From the NCBI RefSeq assembly GCF_963921235.1, contig NC_086103.1:157604001-157668000 (forward strand): a stretch of DNA of 64,000 nt. Reading direction: 5' to 3'. Source of the stretch: Mobula hypostoma. Its lineage: Eukaryota. Shown here piece by piece: positions 25,091 through 37,181 of the stretch. Numbering within the stretch: the stretch's first letter is position 1; every line of letters starts with the position of its first letter. The notes under the pieces are model-generated. The model was given only the letters and a program-made list of their open reading frames with translations. It was not told the DNA's origin and did not search any database. Both the position numbers and the translations under genes were made by a program.

Positions 25091-26036
25091 GTGATTTGGA
25101 TTATAAAGATTTGCACCTGTATATAACGTTTTTGGCGTCATTTTTAAACTATTTTAGATCTGTCCTAAGTACTTCACACGCAAAGATTTTTTAAGCGCCT
25201 TCGTCGTTACAATGATGAGTTTTAGCAAGCTATCAATCAAGGTGCAGAAACGCTTCTCTGGTAGTTACTGTATTTTGAATGGCAAAATGCAGCGTGCCGG
25301 CTCGCTCCGCCCTGTGTGACTCGTGATCTCAATGTCAATGCCTCGGATAAACACTCCGAAATCTTAGTTCAATGCCCCCACTTTGGACGTTGGAATAACA
25401 GTTGTCAGTTTGAAATGTTACTGTAATTTGCAAATATTGTAGGTTTTAAAACATTGTGTACTGGGTAACCGTCTCTGTAATTACTATTTGAAAAATCATT
25501 ATAGATACGGGTTAGTCATTCCACTGCTCAAATAGTGGACGTAATCCTACGTTTTGGGGAGCGGCGGAGGCTGCGGGGAGATCTGATAGAGGTTTATAAG
25601 ATTGAGAAACATAGAGTAATCATTTTTTTTTAAAGCAGTGTTGAAACCTCAAATAACAGATGGCATATATTTAAGGTGAGAATGGGCTGGTTCAAATGAG
25701 ATAACGGAGGCAAGTTATTTTTTTAGTGGTGGGACGCCAGGGGGTCGTGATCATGAATGTACGGGAAATGGGAGGACTGGGTAGACAGGGATTAGTTGAA
25801 TTGAGCGTTTGATTACTAATGTAAGCAGTGTGACACAACATTGTGATTTCTGATTGGCTGAGCAGTTTTTGTTTATGAATATGGTGATGGCAATGGCAAG
25901 CTACTATTTCTATAGTGTAATGGTGATGCAAGGGAACATGAAGGAAACCTGCACTGTGCCCTCCTGGGTCCATGGAGTGGAGCTACAGAATGTAAAGCTT
26001 TCATCTTGTGGTTCTAAGAAGAAGAACTTTACAACA

Positions 26037-26201
26037 CAAACTTGAGAAAGTCTGCAGATGCTGGAAATCCAATGCAACACACACAAAATGCTGGAGAACT
26101 CAGCAGGCCAGGCAGCATCCACGGGAAAGGAGTAAACAGTCGACATTTTCAGGCTGAGACTCTTTAGTCCCGCTGAAGGGTCCTCCAGCACTTTGTGTGT
26201 G
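26037..26201 (-). mobile_element. Mini Penelope-derived fold-back insert
   Basis: Terminal repeat in minus orientation plus a short inverted piece. TSD GAACTT(T/C)ACAACA at 26024-26036 and 26202-26214. Confidence 0.75.
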
Positions 26202-26883
26202 GAACTTCACAACATATTACAGCCAATGACAATAGCATTAATTTAAAAACAAAACTTTCACAAATCTTTTGTTTTCATGGAGCAAAAGATGAACTGTAGA
26301 AGTATAACAAGCAGACATTTCAAAGAATCCTGCTCCAGGTTCGAAATTAACCGCACTTAAATTACTTCATTCCAGAATCTTTTAAAGGTGAGAGTAGTAC
26401 ATTGGGTAGGAATGATGGGTGTAGCTTCTTTGGGTAGGATGCTGCATTGAATCTGAATAAAGTATTATCATTGTTGATCTGGGCCCTGACATTTGTTACA
26501 AATTTGACTTGGATATTCACATTGCTACTTTGATCCTGTTCTTCAGGTGTCTGTCAGCCCTGACACCTATTGAAGTAATATTTCAAATTTGGAAGTGGAG
26601 AATCTTGGTGATGGATTGATTTGCATCTTTCATCCAGCCTATTACCAAATTTCAAGATTTACAGGGCTCCAGAAAATGAAATGAGATTAACTCCTGAGGG
26701 TTACTTTTGCTGGGGGAGATCAGTAGGATTTCAACTCTGCTTGTGCCAAGTTCCAAAATATTTCTCTGCACCCTGAGTAAAAGACACTTGCAGCATGTGA
26801 AAGTTAGCATACGTAGGAAACAACAAACACACAAAAAATGCTGGTGAACGCAGCAGGCCAGGCAGCATCTATAGGAAGAGGTA

Positions 26884-26921
26884 CAGTCGACGTTTCAGTC
26901 TGAGACCCTTCGTCAGGACTA
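26884..26921 (-). ncRNA. Minimal type-I hammerhead ribozyme motif
   Basis: UAGUC-CUGACGA-A-GGGUCUCAGACU-GAAAC-GUC/GACUG. The core and stem I are intact; stem II carries a mismatch. Confidence 0.65.
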
Positions 26922-27564
26922 ACTGAAAGAAGAGTTAGTAAGAGATTTGAAATTGGGAGGGGAGTGGGAGATCCAAAATGATAGGAGAAGACAGGAGGGG
27001 GAGGGATAGAGCCAAGAGCTGGAAAGTTGATTGGCAAAAGGGATGTGAGGCTGGAGAAGGGAGAGGATTATGGAACGGGAGGCCAGGGAGAAAGGGGGGT
27101 GGGGGAAGAAGTCCAGAGGATGGCAAGGAGTTATAGTGAGAGGGAGGGGGAAAAAAAGGAAAGAATAAAATTAAAAAATAATAAATAAGGGATGGGGTAC
27201 AAAGGGGAGGTGGGGCATTAACGTAAGTTAGAGAAGTCAATGTTCATGCCATCAAGTTGGAGGCTACCCAGATGGAATATAAGGTGTTATTCCTCTAACC
27301 TGAGTGTGGCTTCATCTTGACAGTAGAGGAGGCCGTGGATAGACGTATCAGAATGGGAATGGGACGTGGAATTAAAATGTGTGGCCGCTGGGAGATCCTG
27401 CTTTCTCTGGCAGACAGAGCATAGGTGTTCAGCGAAACAGTCTCCCGACTGACGCAGGCTGGAAAACCGTTTCGCTGAAGTCTTCTATATATTGGCGAGA
27501 CCCGACATAGGCTGGGAGAACGTTTTGCTGAACACCTACGCTCTGTCTGCCAGAGAAAGCAAGA

Positions 27565-27631
27565 TTTCCCATTCCCTTTCCCTTTCCCATTCCCTTTCCC
27601 ATTCCCTTTCCCATTCCCTTTCCCTTTCCCT
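27565..27631 (+). repeat. Hexamer tandem repeat (TTCCCA/TTCCCT), about 11 units
   Basis: Directly visible. It replaces part of the Penelope right arm. Confidence 0.9.
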
Positions 27632-28065
27632 CAGCATCCTCTACTGACAAGATGAAGCCACACTTAAGTTGGAGGAACAACACCTTGTATTCCATCTGGG
27701 TAGCCTCCAACCTGATGGCATGAGCATTGACTTCTCTAACTTCTGTTAATGCCCTACCTCCCCTTCGTACCCCATCCCTTATTTATTATTAATTTTTTCT
27801 CTTTCCCTTTTTCTCTTTTTTTTTTCTCCCTCTGTCCCTCTCACTATAACTCCTTGCCCATCCTCTGGGCTCCCCCTCCTCCTACCCACCTTTCTTTCTC
27901 CCTCAGCCTCCTGTCCCATGATCCTCTCCCTCTCCAGCCTCGTATCCCTTTTGCCAATCACCTGTCCAGCTCTTAGCTCCATCCCTCCCCCTCCTGTCTT
28001 CTCCTATCATTTTGGATCTCCCCGCCCCCCCCGCTTTCAAATCTCTTACTAGCCCTTCTTTCAGT

Positions 28066-28103
28066 CAGTTCTGACGAAGGGTCTCGGCCTGAAACGTCGA
28101 CTG
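28066..28103 (+). ncRNA. Minimal type-I hammerhead ribozyme motif (best copy in the window)
   Basis: CAGUU-CUGACGA-AGGGUCUCGGCCU-GAAAC-GUC/GACUG: 5-bp stem I, a stem II hairpin and palindromic ACGU in place of stem III. Cleavage is predicted after C28098. Confidence 0.75.
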
Positions 28104-31100
28104 TACCTCTTCTTAGAGATGCTGCCTGGCCTGCTGTGTTCACCAGCATTTTTTATGTGTGTTGCTTGAAGTTCCAGCGTCTGCAGATTTCCTCGTGTTT
28201 GCAATAGGAAACAACAGAACATTTAGGCAAGGAATCGGATGTGATCAAGAGCAGAACTCTATAGAACACTTGGAAATGATCTGTAAGTTCAGTAGAAGAA
28301 ATGGTTATTGAAGATATGTTGGCAGAATAACTTGATTTGTTGGAGTTGGTTGAGAATTACTCTAAAATATGCAGTGATGTTTATTTCTCACTGATTTTAC
28401 AATGACTGTGAGCACGTTGTTGATGAGGTGGAACTTGGATTCTCAAGGTGAGAGGGGGAGCACTATCCAAGTTGAAACAATCCAAAGAGGAACTCCAGAA
28501 GTGGAAATATTTGAATGTAAGCTGTGCAGCCTGCATCCTTTCAGAACAATGACGTATTGAGAAGGTTGCTGTTGACGGCAACCTTAGAACTGGGATGATT
28601 ACAACAGCTTTGAAATAGGGGAAAAGTTGCTTGAGGATAGCAAACATTAATGAATCAGGCTTTGAATGACTGGTTGTTCAGGATGTGTCAGGTCTCATTG
28701 AACCGGAGCATTTTAAGATTTAGTGTACATTAGCTGTATATTATTGTGAGCATTTTTCTTACATATTTGTGCCTCACTGTTTGTTCTATGCTCTAATTGT
28801 TTCTCATGCTTTCTTCCTTGTACTTTTTTTCTGAAACCACTGATTATAAAATGTAGAAGCATGAGTCCAGTATATACTGTAGTGCTCAAGGTTCTGGATC
28901 ATTGATCTATAGACAATTCAAATCCCAGCATGGTCGTTGGATAATTTAAGGATGAGGAAATTGTAAAAGTAGAAGAAATGTGATTAGAATTGCTGGTTTC
29001 AAAATTAATAAGGATGGAGCTGCCAGGTTATCAATGTTTAATTTTAAAAAAAAAGGAACTCGCCTGGTTTTTGATGTTCTTCAAAGAAGGAAATGATGTT
29101 ATTTTCCAGTGCGTCTAGTATGTAACTTGGAACTGCCATTCCACCTTAGAGTGATTATGAATGGATAACATGCGCAGGCTTTAGCTGCAGTGTCCATATT
29201 CCATAAAATAAAGTTGGCTCAGTGCATTCTTGTTTCTAGTCTGCCATTCACTAATCAGAATCTGGTTTAATATCACTGGCATGTGGCGTAAGATTAGTTT
29301 ACGACAGCAGTACGAGGAAATGCATGATAGATAAATGAAGGGGGCTAAAACTGAATTGCAATACATCTATGGTTGAGTTAAAAGTTGTGCAAAAAAAACC
29401 TAGAAATAAAGTAGTGAGGTTCATGGGTTCAATGTCTAATTAGAAATCGGTTGGCAGTGGGGAAAGAAGCTTCATTGAGATCATGGCTGTATCTCAAATC
29501 CACTTTTGCATTCCACCCTATATGTACTGATTCTCGTGACCATTTACGCTTTTCACAGTCCTTTGGATAAGGACATTTTGACCACCTCTGCATTAAGAAA
29601 TTATTCATCTCAGTCTTGAGTAACTGATCTCCTTCTGAAACGACATCCCCAGTTCTAGACGGACAGACACTTCACTTGGGATGGTGTCAAGTAGTTTTGA
29701 ATGTTGAGGCCATTTGGAGCAGCCATGGTTTTGTTGAACAATGGAATACGCTGGTGGGACCAAATAAGTTGCTCTACTTTATGTTCTTGTGTAAATCCTT
29801 GAGCTAAAGGAAACTTGTCTCTCAGTAGCTATCCTGCCAATATCTCTCAAAATTCTGTAAATATCAAATGGGATCATATTGGCTTTCTAAGCTTCTGCAC
29901 ATATGGCTAATCTTGTTTAGTTACTTAGTCTCGTCTCAAAATCAGAGATAATGCCCTTTCCCCTTCAAAACAACTACAGGAGATGCACTCCTTACTTTCT
30001 CCCTTCCTATTGTGCTGAGACCTGCATGATTTTTGCAAGTAGAACAGTGATTTTTTTAAAAATATAAATTCTTGTGAACAGGGAATATACAGTGTACAAT
30101 TTGGTCTTTTACAATGGGAAGGGAAAACCTAAATACAGAATGTAATCACCTGCTGAGCACCTCAATCTGCAAGGTCTATCATTTTAATTCCCCATTTCAT
30201 TCTGACCCTGACCTCTCCCTTCGTTTGGCAACACTATTCAACCAAGCTCGATGTTGCCTTGAGGAACACCATCTCATCTTCAGACTTGGCATACTTTCAG
30301 CTTTCTGATCTCAAAAATAGATGGTCTTTTAATCTAATCTTTCATCTCACAATGCTATAAATGTTTTCAATCTCCGTTTGTTAATTTTTGGATTTCATTC
30401 ATTTCCTCTTGGCGTTGCGTGGTCTGTAGCCTTTGTCATGGTCTCTCAGCTGGCATTGCCACTATTTGGATTTCTTAATGTCTTTTGGTCTCTTTCGTTC
30501 TGTCTGATCCTTCTCTGCCCATTGTGGGCAGTTTTATGCCATGGTGTTGCATGGTGACACAGCTACTTTGCTGCTTCAGCCTGAATTCAGTGCTCCAGTG
30601 CTGTCCATGTGGAGGCTACATGTTCTCACTCTGACCACGTGTCCTCCGGTTTCTGCCAATATTTCAAACATGAGCAAGTTTGGAAGGCAATTGGCCACCG
30701 TGAATTGACTTGGAATGTAGACAAGTAGAAACGGAATCTGAAAAAAGGTGATTGGTGTAAATGGCTAGCATGGTCTCTGAGGACTGACAGGCTTGTTTCT
30801 GCGCTGTATGACTGTAGAGTATTCAAGCTTCATGTGTGCTGTCTGAACTTAATATTTCTGCTTCTGAATCTTTTGATGCAGATTTGTTGGTTCCACTAAG
30901 TAATTTCACAACTTAATTTAGCTGGCTTTTAAATAGTACCTATGAATGTCTGGCAATTTTGTAGCCTCTCCCTCATTCGATGTAGGTGCATGATATGTCA
31001 TCATTGTGATGTCATTACTAGGAAATTAAAATTTCTAAGTTTTTAAAATGGCAAGTACATGAGAAATTTTGGAAGCAAGCAGTGGTCACAAATGCTTTTC

Positions 31101-31127
31101 TGATTATACAAATCACTTTATTTGTAG

Positions 31128-31194
31128 GGTCTGCCTGAAAGACAAGACAAACTTTGAAAAAGTTCGGGTTGCTAAATGGCAGAAGGAAATAACG
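31128..31194 (+). CDS. CKAP2: CKAP2 exon 3 (VCLKDKTNFEKVRVAKWQKEIT; 67 nt)
   Basis: Acceptor tttgtag| and donor |gtgggt. This phase 2-to-0 exon is required to join exon 2 to exon 4 in frame. Confidence 0.75.
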
Positions 31195-33457
31195 GTGGGT
31201 AACAGAAATCAAAGAAAAACTTTGTTAATTGTTGTATCAGTAGAAGCTTCATGTTATATTTTGTACACTCAAGGGTTAATCTCTAGCTTTGCAGTAGTGA
31301 GTTCCATTCATGATGAACAGTGCTTAAGAATCCATGTGATTTTTATTAGTGATGTAAAATCTGTCATCAGATAGAATTTCATCAGAGATGCTTCTGTCAC
31401 TTCATTGTTTCAGAATGTTAGTCTGGATTTATTGATGGATTGCTGTCAACTTCAATGAAATATTAGCAATGTTATAACATTGTATTTCAATCTTTATTGA
31501 TTACTTTTGCAAGTGTAAGGTATTTAGAATGTTAATTTCCTAGCAGTACAACATATCAACAGCTATATGCAAAATATAGTATTTTATCTCTGTAGAGAGA
31601 AGTCTTTGATAAAACTTGGTAGCTTTACTAGTCTGAGCTTTTTTTAAACAGGGAAATATAATAAATTATTTTAGATGACTGGAAGAAGTTGTAAGGATTT
31701 TATTTTCTTTCTCCCTTGCTGCTTTCATATGAGGAAATTGTATCTTGGGGAACTTGATCTTGGGAAATGAATCTGGGCGAATGGGGCAACACTTTGTGAA
31801 CAGACCACATACATGTAAGTTTCATAGTTGGGAAAGGAGGCAAGGTTTGTCTTCAAGTTGGTCCTAAACGAGGGGGGTGGGAGAGGCTGATTTTCATAGC
31901 ATAAAGGTGATGAGTAGATGCTTGAGTAAAATAACGTCTGACAAATGGGTGTTTTATTTTGAAAAACAGTCGTCTAAGTCTTCAGTGCTATTTCCTTCTG
32001 ATAAGGATGAAGGTCAAAGTTGATTAAGGAACCCTGGATGATGAAGAATATTGAAGCTTTTGATCGGGGGGGGGGGAAGAAATAACCATATGACAAGTAG
32101 AGGCAACTGGAATTGAGTGAATTCCTGGAGGAATATAGAGGATGTAGGAGAGAACTTGAGAGAAAAAGCCTGGAGATGTCCTTGGCAAAAATATCAGCAA
32201 TTTCAAGGTATTCCATAGACGTATCAAGAACAAGAGGACAGCTGTGGACAGGGGATCTCAAGGACCACTGTTCCCTCCTGGAAGAAAAATTCCTGCTCAG
32301 AGGAATGGAATGGGAAAGAATGGGACTAAAGAGCAGTGTTTCATAGAGTAGAAAATATAGACCGGGTCCTAAAAGAACATTTTTTTTTTCATCTGTACTT
32401 AAGAGAAAGATGCGCAGATGGTAGTGAATTTGGGGAGAGCTACTAATATAATCTAGAGCAGTGATTCCCAAACTTTTTTCAGTTACTGCTCCTTTGGCCC
32501 CCAGACCACATTCCCAGCAAGTACCTCCCCCTCCCTTTCTGATCATTACATTAAAACTATAAAGAATTTTGATTTACAATACACAGTGAAAGAAATGGGA
32601 ACTACAAATTCAAAGTGGTGACAGGTGCAATTCCAGGAGGGACATGGAAGCTTTGGATGTGTGGAGAGGAGGTTTACCAGGATGCTGACTGAATTAGAGG
32701 GTATGAGAAGTAAGAGTTTGGACAAACTTGGATTTTTCTTTTTCCCTCCTGGAGCATCACTTGAATGTAACTTTAGTGAAAGGGCGGAAAAGCTTTGTAT
32801 TACAGGGATAGGTATCTGGAAAGAGCTGCTGAGAGGTGCAAGCAGGTACAATAGACACTGTTACATTGACACATGAATCTGGAGAAATAAGCAATATGTT
32901 GCAGGCAGCAATGGTTAGTATTGTATTCAATACATACATTGTGGGCCATGAGCTTATTCCTGGATGGTACTGTATTCTATAATGTGAAATTATTGGACAA
33001 CTATAACTATTTTTAAAAACTTTAAAACTTGAAAGAAGTTTTCTGTCCATTTTAATCAGTGGAAAAGTACAAAGATTTTGGTCTGTTTTCCCAGTAGGAA
33101 GCTCCAGAGAATGAATCCAGATCTAATGGAGGTAATAATGAGTATCAAGTTACATAGATTTAATACGTAGTAAAAGGATTGGAGGGGAATTGGGAAGATT
33201 GTCTTGGTCTAGTCCTAGATCCTATAATCTGATGATAGACACTGAACCTGTCATTTTATTTAAGTTACTTTGACAAGAACATCTGTAATTTCAAGACTCT
33301 AGACCAACAGCTGAGAGGTAGGATTAGAATAGATGACTCTTTGTTTTTGGATGATATGACATGACAAGTTTTATAGCTGCTACACAGTAAATTTCTGTTT
33401 GGAAAAGTGAAAGGATATTGAAATCTAAAATTAATACTTTTAAGTATTTTATTTTAG

Positions 33458-34425
33458 GTATCTGAAGGCAAACAGCTGGAGCCAAAAAAACCTGTTCCCA
33501 ACCATTCTGTATCCCAATCCTGTATCCGATCTGGGTCAACTTTATCAAAGCAAAGAGAAAAGCCGTCCATACAGAATACTAACTCAGTTAATTTTAGAGC
33601 TAAAATGTCTGCCAACCAAATCACTCAATCTGAAAACCTGCCATCATCAATCCAAGAGGACCATTCAAAAGTAGAACAAAAATCAAAAGAAAATAACAGT
33701 GTTGCTCTGAGCAAAACTGGAATGTCTCTCCAAAAATCAATGGAACTGGAGAAAATGCCATCGAACCAAAAGCACAATTCACTCGTGGAGCAAAGAGGAA
33801 ATATAAAGCCAAGAGCACAGAATGCCACACTTAGCCAATCATTCTTTGCAATGAAAAACAAGCAGGTTAAATTGATAGCTGAAAAGGGCAATACATCTAA
33901 GATGCCTACTTCCACTTTTAAGAAGCCGGTGTTGGGTTCATTTCGTGGTAAAATTGTACCATCCAAAATCCAGTCCTTCAGATCAGCTTCTCAGCAGAGT
34001 GAGAGAAGGGAGAAGTCTGATCCAGTGGCAAGTCTCTCTGATACAGAGATACAAAATAATGAACCTCAAGACAAGCTGCACAAGCCGAGGCCGAAGGGGG
34101 CGGAAAATGTGCAGCCTGTTCGGAAGATCTGGAATAATACACCCCATAATAAAGAAAGGAGATTAACAGCAGCTTCTGCTCGCAGTACTACAACAAAGCA
34201 AAAGGCAATCACAGCCAACGTGCTGAACATCAAAATAGATTTTAAACAGTCTGGGAAAGGTGACACCGCAATAGTGGCAACTCAAACAATCACAACAAAG
34301 AGAATCACTGCACCCTCCCATAAAGCCCCCAAAGATTTACCTGCAAGACCCCCAGTGTGGAAGCTTTCAAAACATTATGGCAGCCATAAACCCATAAAAG
34401 ATGGTGAGCCTCCAGCAGATAAAAG
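33458..34425 (+). CDS. CKAP2: CKAP2 exon 4 (968 nt; basic, low-complexity region with a KEN box at 33686-33694)
   Basis: Open frame with the CKAP2 motifs TLSQSF and KPVLGSFRGKIVPSKIQSFR. Acceptor ttttag|, donor |gtaaat. Confidence 0.93.
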
Positions 34426-34519
34426 GTAAATATTTATTTTCTCTGATTATTCATTCTTTATATTCAGAATATGGTAATTGTGAGTCAATAACCTTAATGG
34501 CTGTTATTTTAATCAGTTT

Positions 34520-34985
34520 TTAAGATATGGGAGCAAAATTAGGACATTCGACCCATTGAGACTGCTCTACCATTTGATCATGGGTGTTTTATTTTACCTC
34601 TCAACACCGTTCTCATGTCCTCTCCCCTTAACCTTTGACATCCTTTCTAATTAAGAACCTACCAAGCTCCACTTTAAATATACTCATGAATTGCACTCCA
34701 CGGCTGTCTGTGGCAATGAACTCCACAGATTCACCACTCTCTGGCAAAAGAAATTCCTCCTCATCTCCATTCTAAAGGGATGTCATTCTGTTTTGAGGCT
34801 GTGCCCTCTGGTCCTATGATTCTGTCACTATTGGAAATGTCCTCACCTTGTCCACTCTATGTAGGCCTTTCAGTATTCAGTAGATTTCAATGAGATCCAC
34901 CTCCCCCACCATTCTTCTAAACTCCAGTGAGTACAGACCCAGAGCCATCAAACTCCTCATGTTAACCCTTTCATTCCTTCATTCC
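34520..34985 (-). mobile_element. CR1 3' fragment
   Basis: Same tail and RT C-terminal sequence as the other CR1 copies. Confidence 0.75.
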
Positions 34986-35214
34986 CATAAGGATTTGTGC
35001 ATCACTGGTAAGGCTAGCAGTTATTGTATCCCTAATGGCCTTGAGAAGGTGGTGGTGGGCAATGTTGAATCTTTATAGTCCTTCTGATAAAGGTACTGTA
35101 CCTTGAGATTCCAAGAATTTGGATGCTTAAATGTCAGTATGATATCAAAGATGGAATGGTGTGTGATTTGGCAGGGAAAATGTAGTTAGCAGCTTTTCTC
35201 CTGCACCTGATGAC

Positions 35215-35764
35215 TGTTGTAGTGTGGTTGAAATCACCAGAGAGACAGTCACTGGTAGATACAAAGCAGCTTCTTTATTCGACACAACAAGGTACAGCAG
35301 GCATCATACCGATGGAGACGCTTTCAGGAGAAAGGTCTGCTAGCTTAATGTGGGCTCGATATTTATATGCTAAACACAAAGGCAATCACTACTTAAAAAG
35401 TTATAGACAATGCTTCCTATTGAAGCTACATACAAAATATCTCACTATCCTTTCCTTCCAACGCCAACATGTCCGGGTTGGTATCCACAGCCTTTAGGAA
35501 TGTAAGTTTAGTCTACGATACATTTATTTGGCATTTCCCGTGCTAACATAGAAGACAGTTAATATTTATAAAGTATAGATAATACTGTCTTTGAAACTAC
35601 AGCATCTGGTAAAACTACAGCGCCAGAAGCATCTGCTATTCACCTTTTTAGGAGGCGTATTATGGTGGACTCGACTCATCCACAGTACTTTGTCAAATAG
35701 AAGTCTGGTGGCCAAAGTAATTTAAGTGTAAGCAAATCATCTACCCAAAAAATTCACTCTAGCA
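35215..35764 (-). mobile_element. Solo LTR (550 bp)
   Basis: Termini TGTTGTAGTG...CACTCTAGCA, with a perfect 5-bp TSD ATGAC at 35210-35214 and 35765-35769. AATAAA on the minus strand near 35274. Confidence 0.8.
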
Positions 35765-36994
35765 ATGACATTGACCAATGTATTGACAGATAACACCAAA
35801 GTTGCTCGAGTAGTGATGTTGAGGGGGGTGGTTTTGTAACATTACAATAGTGTCTCCTTCAACTGGCAAAATGAGTAAGGGGATGACGAACAGATTCTAG
35901 CTCAAAATGCATCACTTCACATTTTGGGAAGTTAAACCATCACCAGGACCTATACAGTAAAGGTGGGATCATGGAGAGTGTTGTAGAACAGAGAGCTTCA
36001 AAGGTGAAGGAGGTGCATTACTGTGCTTGCTTTCATTGGCCAAGGGATTGAGTAGGAATTTTTAAATAGTTGCGCAAAGTATTGGTTATGTCGTGCTTGG
36101 AATACTGCAAACAGTTCTGGTTACCAAACTGCTAGAAATGTGTGATGAAGTTAGATGAGGTACAGAAGAGATTAACAAGGACATTGCCTGGATTGAAGGG
36201 CTTGAGTTACAATGAAAGATTGACAGGCTGCTGGGTTGGATTTTTTGGATCAGGGGAGGCTGAAGGGCCATGAAAGAGATACTAGAATCACAGTAGGCAA
36301 AGACAAAGTAGATGGTCTGTTTCCCATGGCAGTGGTCTCCGAAACTATAAGGCATAGTTTTAAAATAAGGAAAAAGTTGTTCAAGGGGTTCCTGAGGAAT
36401 AAAATTTTCAGAATATTTGGTGTCTGTCATGAGCTGCCAAAGAAGGTGGTGGAGACAGGAACTGTAACACTTAAGAGGCATCTGGACAGGTACTTGAATG
36501 ACAAGGGCCAAAGGGATATGGAACTAATGCACACAGGTGGTATTAATATACATGGGCATGATGACAAGCAGAGATGCAGTGGGCCAAATGGCCGATTTCC
36601 AAGCTCTGCAACTCTGGCTCTAGTTCATGGGTTTGAGATGTTTCTGAAGGCTGAGACTTAAAATGCCAAAGATTTTATTTGGATGCAGTACAGAGTAGGC
36701 CTTTCCACCCCTTTGAGCCATGCTGCCCAGAAATTCCTCCCCCCTAATTCAATTCTAGCCTAATCACGGCACAACTTGCAGTGACCAATGAACCTGCCAA
36801 CTAGTCTTTGGACTGTGAGGAAGCCGGAGCACCCAGAGAAAACTCACGTGGTCATGGGGAGAATGTGCAAACTCCTTGTGGGCAGTGCAGGAATTGAATC
36901 TGGGTCACCTGTACTGTAAAGCATGTTAACCGTACACTACTGTGCAAAGTCTGCACTTGTGTATTTTGGTTCATTTAACAATTTTGTTCTGAAG

Positions 36995-37181
36995 GAGAAC
37001 ACAACTGATGTCAAAGGAGAAATTAGTAAAACGACCAGAAACGATGCCCTTGCAGAAAAAGAAGTCTGCAGAAGAGCCAGTGAAATCACTTTGGACGACG
37101 ATTGTGGAAGAAGAAAACCAGAATGAACTCGTGAACAAAATAAACCAGTCTCTCTCTGAGTGTCTGAACCGGATTAATGAG
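36995..37181 (+). CDS. CKAP2: CKAP2 exon 5 (…SLWTTIVEEENQNELVNKINQSLSECLNRINE; 187 nt)
   Basis: Start of the CKAP2 C-terminal domain (SFWTT..EE / SECLNLINE equivalent). Acceptor gaag|, donor |gtaatt, phase 2-to-0. Confidence 0.93.

Larger units (their letters stand above)
26826..28204. mobile_element. Palindromic Penelope-like insert made of two inverted 3' arms
   Basis: Left arm minus (about 26826-27450), right arm plus (about 27480-28204, encoding LLYIGETRHRLGERFAEH of GIY-YIG). Perfect 12-bp TSD TAGGAAACAACA at 26814-26825 and 28205-28216. Confidence 0.9.

Noticed and set aside
27429-27710. ORF with GKGMGKGM repeats
   Set aside because: It is a translation of the hexamer tandem repeat on the antisense strand of a Penelope arm, not a gene.
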